Of a DNA stretch of 64,000 bases, positions 19,469 through 28,157 are shown in pieces. Source of the DNA: Myxococcota bacterium. Lineage in GTDB: Bacteria; Myxococcota_A; Polyangia; Polyangiales; Houyiibacteriaceae. The position numbers and the translations under genes were made by a program. The stretch covers positions 1 through 64,000 of the forward strand of contig JBCCEA010000007.1 in NCBI GenBank assembly GCA_039030515.1. The letters are read 5' to 3'. Position 1 is the stretch's first letter. The number at the start of each line of letters is the position of its first letter. The notes under the pieces are model-generated. The model did not search any database and was not told the DNA's origin. It saw nothing but the letters and a program-made list of their open reading frames with translations.

Positions 19469-22400
19469 CGGGCAACGCTCATGTTCCGACGTAGGCGAAG
19501 GGTATCGCTTGCGAGCCAGAAACCGACCATGTCGGTCGCCTCCTTGTTCTCCTGTAGGTGTCTCAGTGTGTGGTCCGCGCCGAAAAGGGCCTGAACTGCA
19601 GGGCGGATATCTCCCGCGAGCATAAGTCCGCCCCGATTGGCTTCCTTGCGCACGGTTTCACACCATTGCTCGAAAATTTGATCGTTTTCTTTGATGTGGT
19701 CTGACAGCGAGGTGATGACCTCTGCGATGGCTCTGCGCTGGCGTCGACTGAGTGATTTTTGTAGCGCGTCTCGGTATCTTGGGAGTTCTGGATAGCGGCT
19801 TGCCGTATCGAGCTTGACCTCTGAGGCAGCAGCGGTCGCATGCAGCAGCATCGCCGCCTCTCTCGGAGAGCGATCGATGAGATGAAGGCTTGAGCAGCGC
19901 AGTCCCACCAGTTGGCGGCCGAGTAGAAAACGGCTTCGTGCGTCTAGGGGCGTTTGCACCGAGGCGCCAAACACGATCGCTCCTTTTTTTCGCCGTCCAA
20001 GATAGATCCGTATCCCTTTTGGCTCGTTTCCTCCGAAGTAAACCTCGGTTACCGGTCCTGCGTTCAGCAAGACCGAGCAGTTGTGGAGCGCGTCACGCAG
20101 TGGATGTGGTTGCCGGGATGGAATGAGGTTTTTTCGAGTGACTGTGGCGGCTTCGAGAGTGCGGTTCATCAGATCGTCGATCGGCTCGAGGGTCAACGCT
20201 GAGAGCTTTGCGAGCTGGTCGAAACTAGATCCTCGTATCGAACGCGGGAGCCGAAGTTCCTCAAAGAGATCCTCTGGGCTTGCTCCCTTAGGGCCTGGGC
20301 GCGGAACGTCTGGGTGCAGATCCACGTTCTGCTGCTCCTCGTGGGTACTGAGGCCGATCGCATCGAGAATCTGGAGTACCGCTTGTTCCAGATGATGCTC
20401 ATCGCGCCAGCGGGCGACTGCGGCAAGCTTGCGGAGATGGTCGGAATCGTAGGGATTGCTGCTGAGTTTATGGCGCACTGCATCTTCAAAACTGCGACAA
20501 AATTCCCTCACCTCAGACGGGTGCGTCAGCGTACTCGCGAGTTCTTCTCCCGCCTCGAGATGGTCTGCGACCGCGGTGAGTGCGTATCGAAGCGATTGCA
20601 CTGCGGTTGCTGGGTCTTTTCGGTGTTTGCGATGGATACGTGCGGCTTTCACGGACAGGTCGGCCCGCTGATCGCCTTCGGTCAGGCTGGCAGCGGTTGC
20701 CAGGGCCTCTGCAGCTCGGTCCCAATGCTCCGCGGACCTCGCCACCTTCGCGATCTTGATGTGAACTGAAAGGTTGTCGATACCGGCATGGATGAGCCGG
20801 TCGAGCTCGGCGAGGGCTGCTTCGTGTCGATCCAGTTTTGTCGATAGGAAATCGGCCGCACCCAAACGTGCGATGCGCTGTTGTCTCGGTGGCACATCGG
20901 CGGCAGCCAAAAGCTGCAGTCGTTCGATGGCTGCCTCAAAACGCTCCAGCGAGACAAAAATCTCTGCAGCCAGTGCAAGGCCTCCGACATGATGTTCGTC
21001 GAGCATCATCAGGTTGTCGATCACCGCGAGTGCCGTGTCTCGGTTTCCAAGAGCGCGCTGCAGTCGGGCCTGCTCGTAATAGAGTTCCGCGAGATCCTCA
21101 AAATCATCCACGGCTTCAATCCGAGTGGTGACCAATGCCAAGAGTTCAGTTGTTGCACTGCGTCTGACGAGTAAGTCGTGTAGACGGCCGTAGGCAAGGG
21201 GCCTTGCTGCGTCGAACTTCAGAACTTCCCGGAGGCGTTGCATAGCGCCCAATTCGTCACCCAGATGGTCGATGCGGACGACGGCTCCTTCTTCGAGTAG
21301 CTGTGCGCGGACTTCTCCATCCAACGCTTCAGCGAGTCGATCGCAGGCGGTTGCAACCGTGGTCCAATCCTGAGCTGCTCGTGCGGAATGGCGTAGCGAT
21401 TCCCATAAGGAGAGTTTTCTCGGGTGTGCGTCGATGAGGCGCTGCTGTATTTCGAGGGCTTGTCGCGCCTGGCCAGCGGAGGTCAGGGCTCGGGCCAGCG
21501 CTGCCTCTATCGATGGGCGTGCCTCTGCTGCTTCTCTGACAAGACGCGCTCGGAACGCACGCACTCGCGTTTCCGGGTCGTCTCCTGGTTCAAGGGCCTC
21601 ATCTATCGCTACGGCAGCAGCCGCACTTCCTGGGGCCCGACTTTGGATCGCTTCGGCGAGCATCAGGGTGTCTGACGAAGTTTCGGTGCCAAACGCGATC
21701 TGCCGAACTCGGAGGGAATGAAGTAGGTATTCCGCGGCTTCGTCGGGGGGTGCAGTTTCTGCGAGTGCGGCCCACCAGGTTGCCCTCTCGTCCGCTCTTC
21801 CGGCATCGGTACCCGTGGCTCTCAGTGCGCAGTACGCGGTCCAGGGGTGCTGGGATGCCTCTCGAAAGGTCGTCGCGATGCGCTCGGCACGCATCGGGTC
21901 GTGGTTGTCGCAAAGCAGGGTGCCGGCGAGCTCTCTCGCTAGCAGTTCCCGGTCCTCGGGTTCTACCTGTTCGAGAAGCGTTTCGATCGCTTCGCCGCGC
22001 GCATCTGGATCGACGTGGAGGATGTCGAGTAGAGCGATCTCGATCGCAGCTTCGAACTGCAGGTCGTCGCTGCGAAGGGCAGCCCGCAGCGGAGGCTCGG
22101 CGAGTTCCGGCTTTCGAGTGATGAGATCGTAATGCTCTCCGAGTTCCAAGGTCACGGCTCCCGGCTGGTACTTGGCCACTTCCCGCTCGCTGAGCGCCTC
22201 ATACGCCTTCAATAGGAGTCGATTGTCTCCGTTTCGCTCAGCAAGCCGCTTGAGTGCCCAAAGTGGTGACTCGGCGACGGGGTCCCGGTCGATAGCTTCC
22301 TCGTAGGTGCGTTCCGCAAGTGCGCCGTCCTGAATGCTCTCGGCGGTCGCTCCCGCAAGGACCAGGGCAAGCTCTGCGCGTCGAGAGTCCTTCTCGGTGC

Positions 22401-24354
22401 TCGCGGACCCTCGGAGGAGATCGACGACCTCCCTGTGCCTGCCCTTGTTTCGATAGAGTTCCTCGAGGAGTGCGACTGCATAGCGATGGCCCGGGACGCT
22501 CTCTATCGCCTGCCTCAAGCTTTGTATGGCGGATTCCGATGCTCCAGCGCGCACCTCGGCTCGTGCCGCAGCGCAAAAATGAGCCGCGCGGACATCGAGA
22601 CCGGACGCTGCCGATGCCAAAGAACGATGCGCCCGCGAGAGGGTCTCGTAGTCGCCAGCAGAGGTCGCGACAATCCGTGCGGCATCCGGAGCCCACACGA
22701 GGCAGCGCTCATCGGTGACGCACTTTTGCAGGTGTTCGAGCGCCTCTTGTTGAGATCGCTCGTCGCTCTGCAGCAGGTCGAAAAGTTCGTGAGAGAAAAG
22801 AGCAAAGTCTTGCGGGCCGATCTCTCGCTCCAAGAGCGCCTTCAGCGAACGTTTGGCAGCGTCTGTTGCCTGAAATACGAGGGCGGAACCGTACAGGTCT
22901 TGCTCGATGGCGGCAGGGCTGTCCGCGAGATTTGCGCTGGCTCGGAGATGGCGTTCTGCCTCCTGGAAGTCGCCGAGCGAATACGCGGCGTGATGTCCGG
23001 CTTTCCAGAGTTCCTCGACGCGCTGGGTCGTGTCTCGGCGATTGTCTCGTCCGCGGCGTTCGAGCCGCTCGACGTATTCGCTGATGCAATCATGTCGCAG
23101 CAGGAACTCATCTAGGAGCGCCTCGGCTGTGGGTGACTCGGAAGCGCAGGTGTTTGCGGCCATTAAAGCCGCCCTCGCGCTTTCGGTATCCGCCCGACGT
23201 TCCGCGAGGGCTGCCACATCTACCCAAAGCGGCGCGGTCAATGGACCCGTGGCCGAGCGTGCGATCAACTTGTTAGCTCGCTCTGCAGCCGCTTCCAGAT
23301 CGCCTGCGTGACGGGCGGCTTCGATGAGCAACTCTTCTAGGAACACCTCGCCCGGCAGCAGGGCATTCGCCTCTTTCAGCGCTTCGAGCGCGCGATCTGC
23401 CTGACTCAGCGAGTACAGGTGGATGGCGGCAGCCTCAGCATACAGGGCAGCCGCTGTTTTCGCGGCGGACTGAGGATCCCTGAAGCGGTTTGTCGAAGTG
23501 TAGGAACCGCCTCGGTTTGCGTCTGATCCGAGGGCAAAGGCTGCCGCAAGTCGGGCTCGTTCCTGCAAAGCCTCGGCGATGATGTCTTGGCGCTCCCAGC
23601 GGCGCGCGAGGCGTTCGAGCATGAAGGTGGTTCGGTATCCGCCGACCGGAATTTCCAGCGCCTGTCGAGTTACCGCCAGCGCCTCCTCGAGCTTGCCTGC
23701 CTCGGCAAGCTGCTCTGCGAGCTCTCCAAGAAGTTCTACCCGCAAGGCCAAGTCTTTGGTGTGCGTTGCGCGTGCCCTTAGGGCCTCGTGCGCCGCTTTG
23801 TCTGCCCCGGCTGAAAGCGCAGCCTGCTGTTGAAAAAGCGCTGCAGCAGCGTCTTGCGGCGCCGACTTAAAGGCGGCTGCGATCTGTGCGGTGCCTTCTT
23901 TGTTCTTCCCGAGGTGGTCGATAAGGAGCGCACCCCGATCGAGGAGCGCAGAGACTCGAACCTGCTCGTTGGCGGCGCCCCGGGCTCGGGCTAGGTATAG
24001 GCGGTCGAGGTTCTTGGCGGAGTTTCTGCGGCCGAAGATGCAGAGAAGCTCGAGTAGACCGTTTTGCTGATTTGGATCGAGGTTGTAGCTGGTGAGAAAT
24101 TCCTTGGCGGCCTGCGCTTGATCCCCCAGCGCGCTGGCATAGTGGTAGCCCATCTCATAGTGAATCAGTGCTTGATGCGACTTCGATTCGGCAGCGGCGA
24201 GTTCGGCCGTGAGCACCGCGAGTCGGCTCTCGTCCGAGTCCGAGGGAGGTTCGCCGGGTTCGGCAGGATATGCCGTCGAATCTCGAGGGCTGCTACCACC
24301 CATGTCAGCCAATCTTTCCCCGCCGGTTGTCTGCTCCCCTAAGCGGGTCGCCAA
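19465..24354 (-). CDS. Giant TPR-repeat protein (about 1620 aa)
   Basis: TPR-like repeats throughout, with a C-terminal RFLLGRQL...ANRGGLMLAGD domain. Alternative ATG at 24303. Confidence 0.9.
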   Translation of the reverse strand: MATRLGEQTTGGERLADMGGSSPRDSTAYPAEPGEPPSDSDESRLAVLTAELAAAESKSHQALIHYEMGYHYASALGDQAQAAKEFLTSYNLDPNQQNGLLELLCIFGRRNSAKNLDRLYLARARGAANEQVRVSALLDRGALLIDHLGKNKEGTAQIAAAFKSAPQDAAAALFQQQAALSAGADKAAHEALRARATHTKDLALRVELLGELAEQLAEAGKLEEALAVTRQALEIPVGGYRTTFMLERLARRWERQDIIAEALQERARLAAAFALGSDANRGGSYTSTNRFRDPQSAAKTAAALYAEAAAIHLYSLSQADRALEALKEANALLPGEVFLEELLIEAARHAGDLEAAAERANKLIARSATGPLTAPLWVDVAALAERRADTESARAALMAANTCASESPTAEALLDEFLLRHDCISEYVERLERRGRDNRRDTTQRVEELWKAGHHAAYSLGDFQEAERHLRASANLADSPAAIEQDLYGSALVFQATDAAKRSLKALLEREIGPQDFALFSHELFDLLQSDERSQQEALEHLQKCVTDERCLVWAPDAARIVATSAGDYETLSRAHRSLASAASGLDVRAAHFCAAARAEVRAGASESAIQSLRQAIESVPGHRYAVALLEELYRNKGRHREVVDLLRGSASTEKDSRRAELALVLAGATAESIQDGALAERTYEEAIDRDPVAESPLWALKRLAERNGDNRLLLKAYEALSEREVAKYQPGAVTLELGEHYDLITRKPELAEPPLRAALRSDDLQFEAAIEIALLDILHVDPDARGEAIETLLEQVEPEDRELLARELAGTLLCDNHDPMRAERIATTFREASQHPWTAYCALRATGTDAGRADERATWWAALAETAPPDEAAEYLLHSLRVRQIAFGTETSSDTLMLAEAIQSRAPGSAAAAVAIDEALEPGDDPETRVRAFRARLVREAAEARPSIEAALARALTSAGQARQALEIQQRLIDAHPRKLSLWESLRHSARAAQDWTTVATACDRLAEALDGEVRAQLLEEGAVVRIDHLGDELGAMQRLREVLKFDAARPLAYGRLHDLLVRRSATTELLALVTTRIEAVDDFEDLAELYYEQARLQRALGNRDTALAVIDNLMMLDEHHVGGLALAAEIFVSLERFEAAIERLQLLAAADVPPRQQRIARLGAADFLSTKLDRHEAALAELDRLIHAGIDNLSVHIKIAKVARSAEHWDRAAEALATAASLTEGDQRADLSVKAARIHRKHRKDPATAVQSLRYALTAVADHLEAGEELASTLTHPSEVREFCRSFEDAVRHKLSSNPYDSDHLRKLAAVARWRDEHHLEQAVLQILDAIGLSTHEEQQNVDLHPDVPRPGPKGASPEDLFEELRLPRSIRGSSFDQLAKLSALTLEPIDDLMNRTLEAATVTRKNLIPSRQPHPLRDALHNCSVLLNAGPVTEVYFGGNEPKGIRIYLGRRKKGAIVFGASVQTPLDARSRFLLGRQLVGLRCSSLHLIDRSPREAAMLLHATAAASEVKLDTASRYPELPRYRDALQKSLSRRQRRAIAEVITSLSDHIKENDQIFEQWCETVRKEANRGGLMLAGDIRPAVQALFGADHTLRHLQENKEATDMVGFWLASDTLRLRRNMSVAR

Positions 24355-24635
24355 ACGACGTCAACGCAAAGGACCGGGACAAACCATGGCCCGAGCTGCC
24401 TCGAACACGGCGCAACCCCCCGTCGCCTTGGTCCCCGAGCAAGCCGACGTGGAAGACGTCCAATCGTGAGCGGTCTAGGCTCATGCTGCAAGAACTATAG
24501 CGATGCATTCGCCTCTGTGGAATCATTCTTCAATCCCCGAGGTTGGCGTTTCCTTGCCACGACGTACAAGCGAGCGGTTTCTCTCTTCAGAATGGGTGGT
24601 CTACCAGGACCTAAACCAGGAGATGCTCGTGCGTT

Positions 24636-25769
24636 TCAGGCGATGCCTGCGTCCGTGCGCGAGCGTGCAGGCAGTGGAGGAGGCGGTGCTTCTGACTTCC
24701 ATCGAGGCATGGCTGCAGGATCGTTTAGTGCGGCTCTTGCGGCGGCACATGCAGGCGGCACCGAACTATTGGATCGCGAGGCGCTCTTGTGCGCTCGACC
24801 GCGGATGAGTTCCGGTTGAACGCGAGGTGCACTCCACGAGCTGGTTGATACGGAGACGCGAGATGACTTCGATGAAGACCGCTCATTGTGCAGCAACCAA
24901 TCTCGAATCTTGGGAAAGATCTCACTCTTCGACTGTCGATCGTCGAGATCACTGGCTCCTGAAATCGTCAAGATGGGAACGGAGGGTCTCGAATGCCTAC
25001 CTGTGTTCTCGAAAGGGTTGCTTAGTTGGAGTTTGCAGTCATGGCGCTCGCTGCTTCGCCTGAGATGCTCAGATGCCTGGCTGCGGTCTACTGTGGCCGC
25101 ATCACGGTGCGCTGAATTAGTGGGTTCCAATACCGCAACGCTGCGGATGGAGGGTGAGCTTCCTTGCGCGATTTGTGCGCAAAGGACCTGTGCTCCCTTC
25201 GCATCGCCGATGAAGTGATAGGCGGAACTACCCGCTCTCAAACTTATGGTTTCAAGCGCGGCTTCTAGATCATCCCGAACACACTCTGTAAGTAGATCGC
25301 CAAGCGGTTCATTAAGCGGCGGTCTGAGCCGAGTGCGGTCTTTGGGGCTAAGCGCCTCCCGCGCTGCAAAGTTTCGTAGCTGCAGGCACCAAACGTCGAA
25401 ACCGTTTGCGGCGAGATAGCTGGCAAGTGACGAAGCGGGAGAAGGCGTACGTCTGCCCACATCGAACCTGGAGCGGCTCATGACCTTGTCATGATAAAGC
25501 AGCACTTGGGGATGAACGATGTGCGCGTTGCCGACCTTCGAGTCGGCCGGCGCTGCGGGCGGCGTTCCGATAGGGAGGTGCCGTATGAGCGTGAGATTGG
25601 AACCTTTTTTGGTGACGGTGAGGCAGGTCTCGTCTGCATGATGACGCAGTCGTTGGAAGATCCCGGCGAGCACCCAGAGTACGCCGAGCGCGCTTCTGAC
25701 CAATCTCGAGGTGACAGACTTCACGGCCACAAACCTCCCACGGCGGGCGCGTGAGCCCAAGGAAGACAT
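24636..25769 (-). CDS. Degenerate alpha/beta-hydrolase-fold protein (nucleophile absent), possibly a pseudogene
   Basis: SLASYLAANGFDVW, DDLEAAL, HFIGDAKG in place of GHSxG, VPILTISGASD, IFPKIRDWL, then a low-complexity tail. Confidence 0.6.
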   Translation of the reverse strand: MSSLGSRARRGRFVAVKSVTSRLVRSALGVLWVLAGIFQRLRHHADETCLTVTKKGSNLTLIRHLPIGTPPAAPADSKVGNAHIVHPQVLLYHDKVMSRSRFDVGRRTPSPASSLASYLAANGFDVWCLQLRNFAAREALSPKDRTRLRPPLNEPLGDLLTECVRDDLEAALETISLRAGSSAYHFIGDAKGAQVLCAQIAQGSSPSIRSVAVLEPTNSAHRDAATVDRSQASEHLRRSSERHDCKLQLSNPFENTGRHSRPSVPILTISGASDLDDRQSKSEIFPKIRDWLLHNERSSSKSSRVSVSTSSWSAPRVQPELIRGRAHKSASRSNSSVPPACAAARAALNDPAAMPRWKSEAPPPPLPARSRTDAGIA

Positions 25770-25797
25770 CCCTGCTCAAGCAGAATTCTCTCGAACT

Positions 25798-26073
25798 TCA
25801 TCGCTCCTCTTGAGTTTCGAACCAGGCGTCGATGGCAGAACGCACCAACTTTGGCAGAGGCTTTATGGGACCTTGAGCGCGGTAGTGTTCGATGGACTGG
25901 ACTTCACGTTCTTTTCGCCCTCCGTCCTCTATCTGATGGGACCATCGATAGTAGACCAATGAGTCGGCGGTGGTCTCGACTGCGCGGTAGTGCTCCTCGT
26001 CATCTTCTTCAAGTCGATATCGGAACGTGTGGTGTGGGTTTTTAAGCCACTTTGTAAGACGCATGCGGTCCAT
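25798..26073 (-). CDS. Small hypothetical protein (91 aa)
   Basis: ATG-initiated ORF with protein-like composition, co-oriented with the downstream gene. Confidence 0.65.
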   Translation of the reverse strand: MDRMRLTKWLKNPHHTFRYRLEEDDEEHYRAVETTADSLVYYRWSHQIEDGGRKEREVQSIEHYRAQGPIKPLPKLVRSAIDAWFETQEER

Positions 26074-26095
26074 GTCGTTGATATAGCAGGAGCTC

Positions 26096-26186
26096 TGCCG
26101 GAAGGCCCCTCAACGGGGGCCTTGCATCAGCGAGGCTGGGACCTCGTGACCCGATCCGCGCCCCTACAGGCAATCCGCCTCCGGCA
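26096..26186 (-). ncRNA. Candidate structured RNA (closing stem enclosing three hairpins); family not identified and strand uncertain
   Basis: Closing stem TGCCGGA/TCCGGCA, with hairpins AAGGCCCC/GGGGCCTT and (TCA)CGAGG/CCTCG(TGA) and a third GAUU-GCCU/GGGC-GAUC stem on the minus strand. Confidence 0.45.
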
Positions 26187-26290
26187 ACGACTGGTGAACA
26201 TTGGGGATTCAAGTAGCCTTCGAAACAAAAGAGATAGATGACGATCCCTCTACATGAATCGCTGAGGATGCGGTATGTTGCCGCCCTCCA

Positions 26291-27343
26291 TTGGAACTGC
26301 TGATCGCCATAGTCTACGTCATCCTCGGTTTCGTGGCGCTGGTCTGGGGTGCCGACCGTTTTGTGTTCGGGGCAGCTTCCTCCGCTCGAAACCTTGGGGT
26401 TTCTCCGCTTTTGGTCGGGCTTACTATCGTTGCCTTCGGCACGACCGCACCGGAGCTCCTGGTGTCTGCCACGGCGGCGCTTACGGGCAATCCAGGGCTG
26501 TGCATCGGGAATGCAGTGGGATCCAACATCACGAACATCGCCCTGGTGCTGGGGGCCGCAGCGATCGTTCGTCCTCTGAGGGTCCATTCCAGGATTCTGA
26601 GTCGTGATCTGCCCGTATTGATCGTCATCATGGCGTTCGCGGCCCTGCTGGTCTCCGATGGTTTGCTCAGCTTTTGGGATGGATCCCTTCTTTTTGGCGG
26701 TATGTTTGTGCTGATCGGTTCGGTGGTTCGCGCAGGCCTACGCCAACCCCCCCTGCAGGACTCGAACGATGCGTTACAGCAAGGATCGAATGAGTCGCCG
26801 GCTCGATCAGATGAAGAGTCCATGGCTTCGGTGCCTCTCCCTACAGGCACCAGGGTCGCGGTGTTTTGGTTTTCTGCGGGACTGATCATGCTTCTCGTCG
26901 GTTCGAGGCTCCTCGTAGACGGTGCGGTGACTGTCGCCCAGACTATCGGAGTCAGCGATGTGGTCATCGGTCTTTCCGTGGTGGCGCTCGGGACCAGTTT
27001 ACCCGAACTCGCTGCCTCGGTCGTCGCCGCCTACCGGAACGAGCACGATATCGCCCTCGGCAATGTGATCGGCTCAAATATGTTCAACACGCTGGGCGTG
27101 CTCGGCCTTCCGGGGATGATCGTGCCGACTGAGGTAGCGCCGATCTGCCTCTACCGCGACTTTTCCTTCATGGTCGGCGTTGCGGTGTTGGTCTTGCTGC
27201 TGTCCTATACGTCCAAGCGCCCATACCGATTGAGTCGACTCTCGGGCGCAATACTGTTGACCTGTTACGCCGGCTATCTGTGCGCGCTCGTGTTCGACTC
27301 ATGGGAGCCGCCCCCAAACCCTCCAGGACTTGAGTACCTCTAG
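26291..27343 (+). CDS. Ca2+/Na+ antiporter (CaCA family, YrbG-like)
   Basis: Two alpha-repeats, GTTAPE...GNAVGSN and GTSLPE...GNVIGSN, and about 10 TM helices. Confidence 0.93.
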   Translation: MELLIAIVYVILGFVALVWGADRFVFGAASSARNLGVSPLLVGLTIVAFGTTAPELLVSATAALTGNPGLCIGNAVGSNITNIALVLGAAAIVRPLRVHSRILSRDLPVLIVIMAFAALLVSDGLLSFWDGSLLFGGMFVLIGSVVRAGLRQPPLQDSNDALQQGSNESPARSDEESMASVPLPTGTRVAVFWFSAGLIMLLVGSRLLVDGAVTVAQTIGVSDVVIGLSVVALGTSLPELAASVVAAYRNEHDIALGNVIGSNMFNTLGVLGLPGMIVPTEVAPICLYRDFSFMVGVAVLVLLLSYTSKRPYRLSRLSGAILLTCYAGYLCALVFDSWEPPPNPPGLEYL

Positions 27344-27362
27344 CTTTGATTTTGTTCGAGAC

Positions 27363-27986
27363 CTATCGAGGCTCGGGCGGTAGCTCGAATCTCAGCAGTA
27401 GATTGTTTGCGGGCATATCGATCGGTTCAAATCTACGAAAGCCCTGCTCTGCCGCGAGCTTCTCGATCTTTTCGAGATCACGAAGGCCCATGTGGGCGGC
27501 CTGCTGTCGGAGCATGGAGTCGAAATTGCGATTTCCCGGCGAGGTAGGGCGCCCATTTCGCTTGTAGGGACCATATAAGACCAGGACGCCGCCTGGAGAC
27601 AACACCTTCGTGCACTCAGCAAGCCATCTCACGGTGGCCTCCCAAGGCGCGATGTGCACCATATTGATGCAGAGCATGGCGTCAAAAACCTGCTCCTCTA
27701 AGGGTTGCGACCAGCCGCTCGTCGAGATGTCGAGATGGATTGCGGGGGAGATGTTCGGAAGGCCTGAATCTCCTCGGAGCGCCTCGATGCTCCGGAGTGC
27801 GTCTGCGTCCATGTCGGTTGGCAGGAACGTCCATTTTGGCATCGCGCGTGCCAGGTGGACGATATGTTGGCCACTGCCGCTTGCGATCTCGAGCATCGAA
27901 CCTCGTGCACCGAGCATGTCGCTTAGACACTTCAATATCGGCTCCTTGTTGCGCTCTGCAGCAGGGCTGTGTCGTCGTGGATCCAT
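27363..27986 (-). CDS. DUF938 family SAM-dependent methyltransferase
   Basis: SPAAERNKEPI, LEIASGSGQH, NMVHIAPW, LYGPY, DMPANN. Confidence 0.9.
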   Translation of the reverse strand: MDPRRHSPAAERNKEPILKCLSDMLGARGSMLEIASGSGQHIVHLARAMPKWTFLPTDMDADALRSIEALRGDSGLPNISPAIHLDISTSGWSQPLEEQVFDAMLCINMVHIAPWEATVRWLAECTKVLSPGGVLVLYGPYKRNGRPTSPGNRNFDSMLRQQAAHMGLRDLEKIEKLAAEQGFRRFEPIDMPANNLLLRFELPPEPR

Positions 27987-28157
27987 GGGGTCGCTCCTAG
28001 GAGATCGTTGATTTTGGCTTCAGGGACTCGGCGCAAACTAGCTCCGTGAATCCTCAGGTCCCAGCCCAAAATGCACTCGACATATCTGGGGGGAGCCGAC
28101 TTGGTGATCAGGTCCTTTCCTGTCGATCGAGAAGCACCGAAGAGTTAGGAACCTATC

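Noticed and set aside
24466..24819. Two overlapping plus-strand ORFs (24466-24819 and 24503-24808)
   Set aside because: I cannot tell which, if either, is real. They have no motifs and overlap the tail of the minus-strand hydrolase-like ORF.
26126..26145. Resemblance of GGTCCCAGCCTCGCTG (minus strand) to the HDV ribozyme
   Set aside because: The L3 loop is too short, and no P1/P2 pseudoknot partners can be found.
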